In this document: piece by piece, positions 62,200 through 64,000 of the stretch
How the letters are laid out: each line of letters starts with the position of its first letter
Position numbering within the stretch: the stretch's first letter is position 1
Source: Takakia lepidozioides
Taxonomy: Eukaryota > Plantae > Bryophyta
Direction: 5' to 3'
Length of the DNA stretch: 64,000 bases
Assembly (NCBI GenBank): GCA_030704615.1
Contig: CM060733.1
Location: forward strand, 57,474,001 to 57,538,000
The notes under the pieces: model-generated
The model's database searches: none
What the model saw: the letters and a program-made list of their open reading frames with translations, nothing else
Told to the model about the DNA's origin: nothing
Position numbers and translations under genes: made by a program

Positions 62200-64000
62200 C
62201 CGAGCTTGGGTACTGACCACGACGATGGGTCGTCAGGTGAAGTTGCAACGTTGCACAGGGCTATGAACAAGAACCACCCCCTTGTTGACATTGAGATGAA
62301 TCAGCTGGACAGTCAAGTTGAAGATGTTAAGAGCAGAGGTGTCCTCTTGTACTTCCCGGGTAAGAAGGTAGGTAGGGCGTTCGCGCGCGAATGGGCAATC
62401 GGGCATATGGGGGGCTCGGGAGATTTGAATCTGCATTTTCGTCATGCCAGGGGTAGGCGTTTCTTCTAGGTAATATTGGAGTCTGAAGAGGCAGCGGTCA
62501 AAGCCCTCTCCTTTAATCCCCATCTGCATGGATTTAATGTGAATATTATTTCCTTGGTCCATGGATATGGGGAACAAAAGTATGGAGTCCTAGGATCATC
62601 TCTCTCCCCTACATTCCAGATCAATAACTATTCAACATTCCTGATATTGGCAACTTTGGGCTCATACATTTGATGCTTGGCGATGTTCGATCCCAATATG
62701 TGCACTCGAGCTTTGAGGGCAAGTCCGGCCTGGAAAGGGGCCACCATTGCATCAAGACCTCATGAAAATGGTTTTCCTAAAATCGTTGTGATGATGCCAA
62801 ACGACTCTATTACGCCAGAATTCATCAAACTACCAATTGACACCAAGGGGAACTACTTCTCGGTCAAAATTTCCGAAGTCACTTCGTCCTCAGCTTGTTA
62901 CTACTATGGACTGTCCGGGCATCCCAGGGCGGACTGTCCCAAAGCAAAAAGAAAAAGAGATGGTGCTAATCTGTTGGGGGCCAGGCAAACACCCCTTACT
63001 CAAAGCCATCCTGCTACCCCAACACACACCAAAGTGGGCTACTTAAATCATCACTTCCCAACATCCCACCACCCCATGCAACAGTTGGCCTCCGATGTCC
63101 AGCAAATGTCTACCTCCCCTCCAGCAAAGAAAAGGACAGATACGATGGACCCCATGCTACTTGAAGCTACCTCCACACTGGTCACTAATAGTACTCAGAA
63201 GCACAAAGGCATTATTGAATTGGAGATGGAAGCTGCAGCCAACAAAGGGAAGCCCGACGCTTCCACCTCCAGGATCTTAAAGAGGCAACCGGCTGTCCAA
63301 GCTCCCCCGCCTCCCCGCCCTTCGCGGCCCATAGCGCACAACCCAGTCATTGCAAGAATCTGCGCCAAATTGAGATCTTTCCCGGGATTGGCACTCAGAG
63401 GTTGTTCACATGTTCTCTTAAATGCGTCCACGGATCCACTGGCTACTTGCCTCCAATGATCTTCAGGAGGAAGCCATCTCCAGCTTTTCTGGTTACAGCG
63501 ATGGACAGGATGCACATGGACTCCATCTGGATCACAGTCAGGGACGTCCAATCCTTCATAGCCAAATGCCACATGGGTAATAGTCCCATCCCCACCATGT
63601 GCAACAAGATCTAGGAGTACTTCAAAGTCAGATACCCAATTTACTCTCTGCCCCCCCAATCCGCAGTCACATTGGGCACTTATGTGGAGGCTTTCCCAGG
63701 TCTCTGCAGTGATCTTACCCCCAACACCCATATTCTAGCGCTTATGGACAAGGAGCACCTGGTGTCCAACCAATGCACATTTCCAGGGGTTCGGGCAGAT
63801 CCGACACACTTCAACGACCCATGTGCCTCTAGCAAGACCCGGACCAGAACAAGAGACACTACTTTCAATGCATTCACTATTCTTCATGCAATCTTGGAGT
63901 CAGAGGTAGATGCAGCAAATGAAGCAATAGAAAGGCAACGCCTTGCAGAGCCTCTCAACCCATCATACGACCCCTTTGGCTCCACATGTCAAAATCCAGC
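62200..64000 (+). mobile_element. Decayed L1-type LINE ORF1 region
   Basis: RRM/DUF4283-like stretch (GVLLYFPGK..GRRFF*VILES), degenerate knuckle CYYYGLSGHPRADC, then low-complexity Pro/Ser/Thr sequence; multiple stops. Confidence 0.55.

Overview
Eukaryotic, intron-containing plant DNA. The mix of chromoviruses, RTEX-like LINE and piggyBac suggests a non-seed land plant (inference). Bases ~1-42,400 are a nested transposon island built inside a BAHD acyltransferase pseudogene. A full-length Copia element (942-13685, TSD ACCGT) splits the BAHD gene. Its 5' LTR is split by a 7.9-kb Mutator-like (MULE) element (1182-9066, TSD GTTGGGAG). That MULE encodes a GCM-like/DDE/SWIM transposase and, divergently, a spliced gene for a beta-class N4C/N6A DNA amino-methyltransferase-like protein; a palindromic tandem array lies between them. 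This is the most unusual system in the window. Next come a truncated chromovirus and a large CACTA element whose second (TnpA-like) gene contains an FCP1/NIF HAD-phosphatase domain and was hit by a LINE fragment and a young Gypsy chromovirus (28312-35286, TSD TCCAA). A decayed piggyBac transposase and MITEs follow. Bases ~43,500-61,000 hold three apparently intact host genes: a 2OG-Fe(II) dioxygenase, a protein-L-isoaspartate O-methyltransferase and alpha-tubulin. A decayed LINE ORF1 ends the window. All domain calls come from motif recognition by eye, not from database searches.
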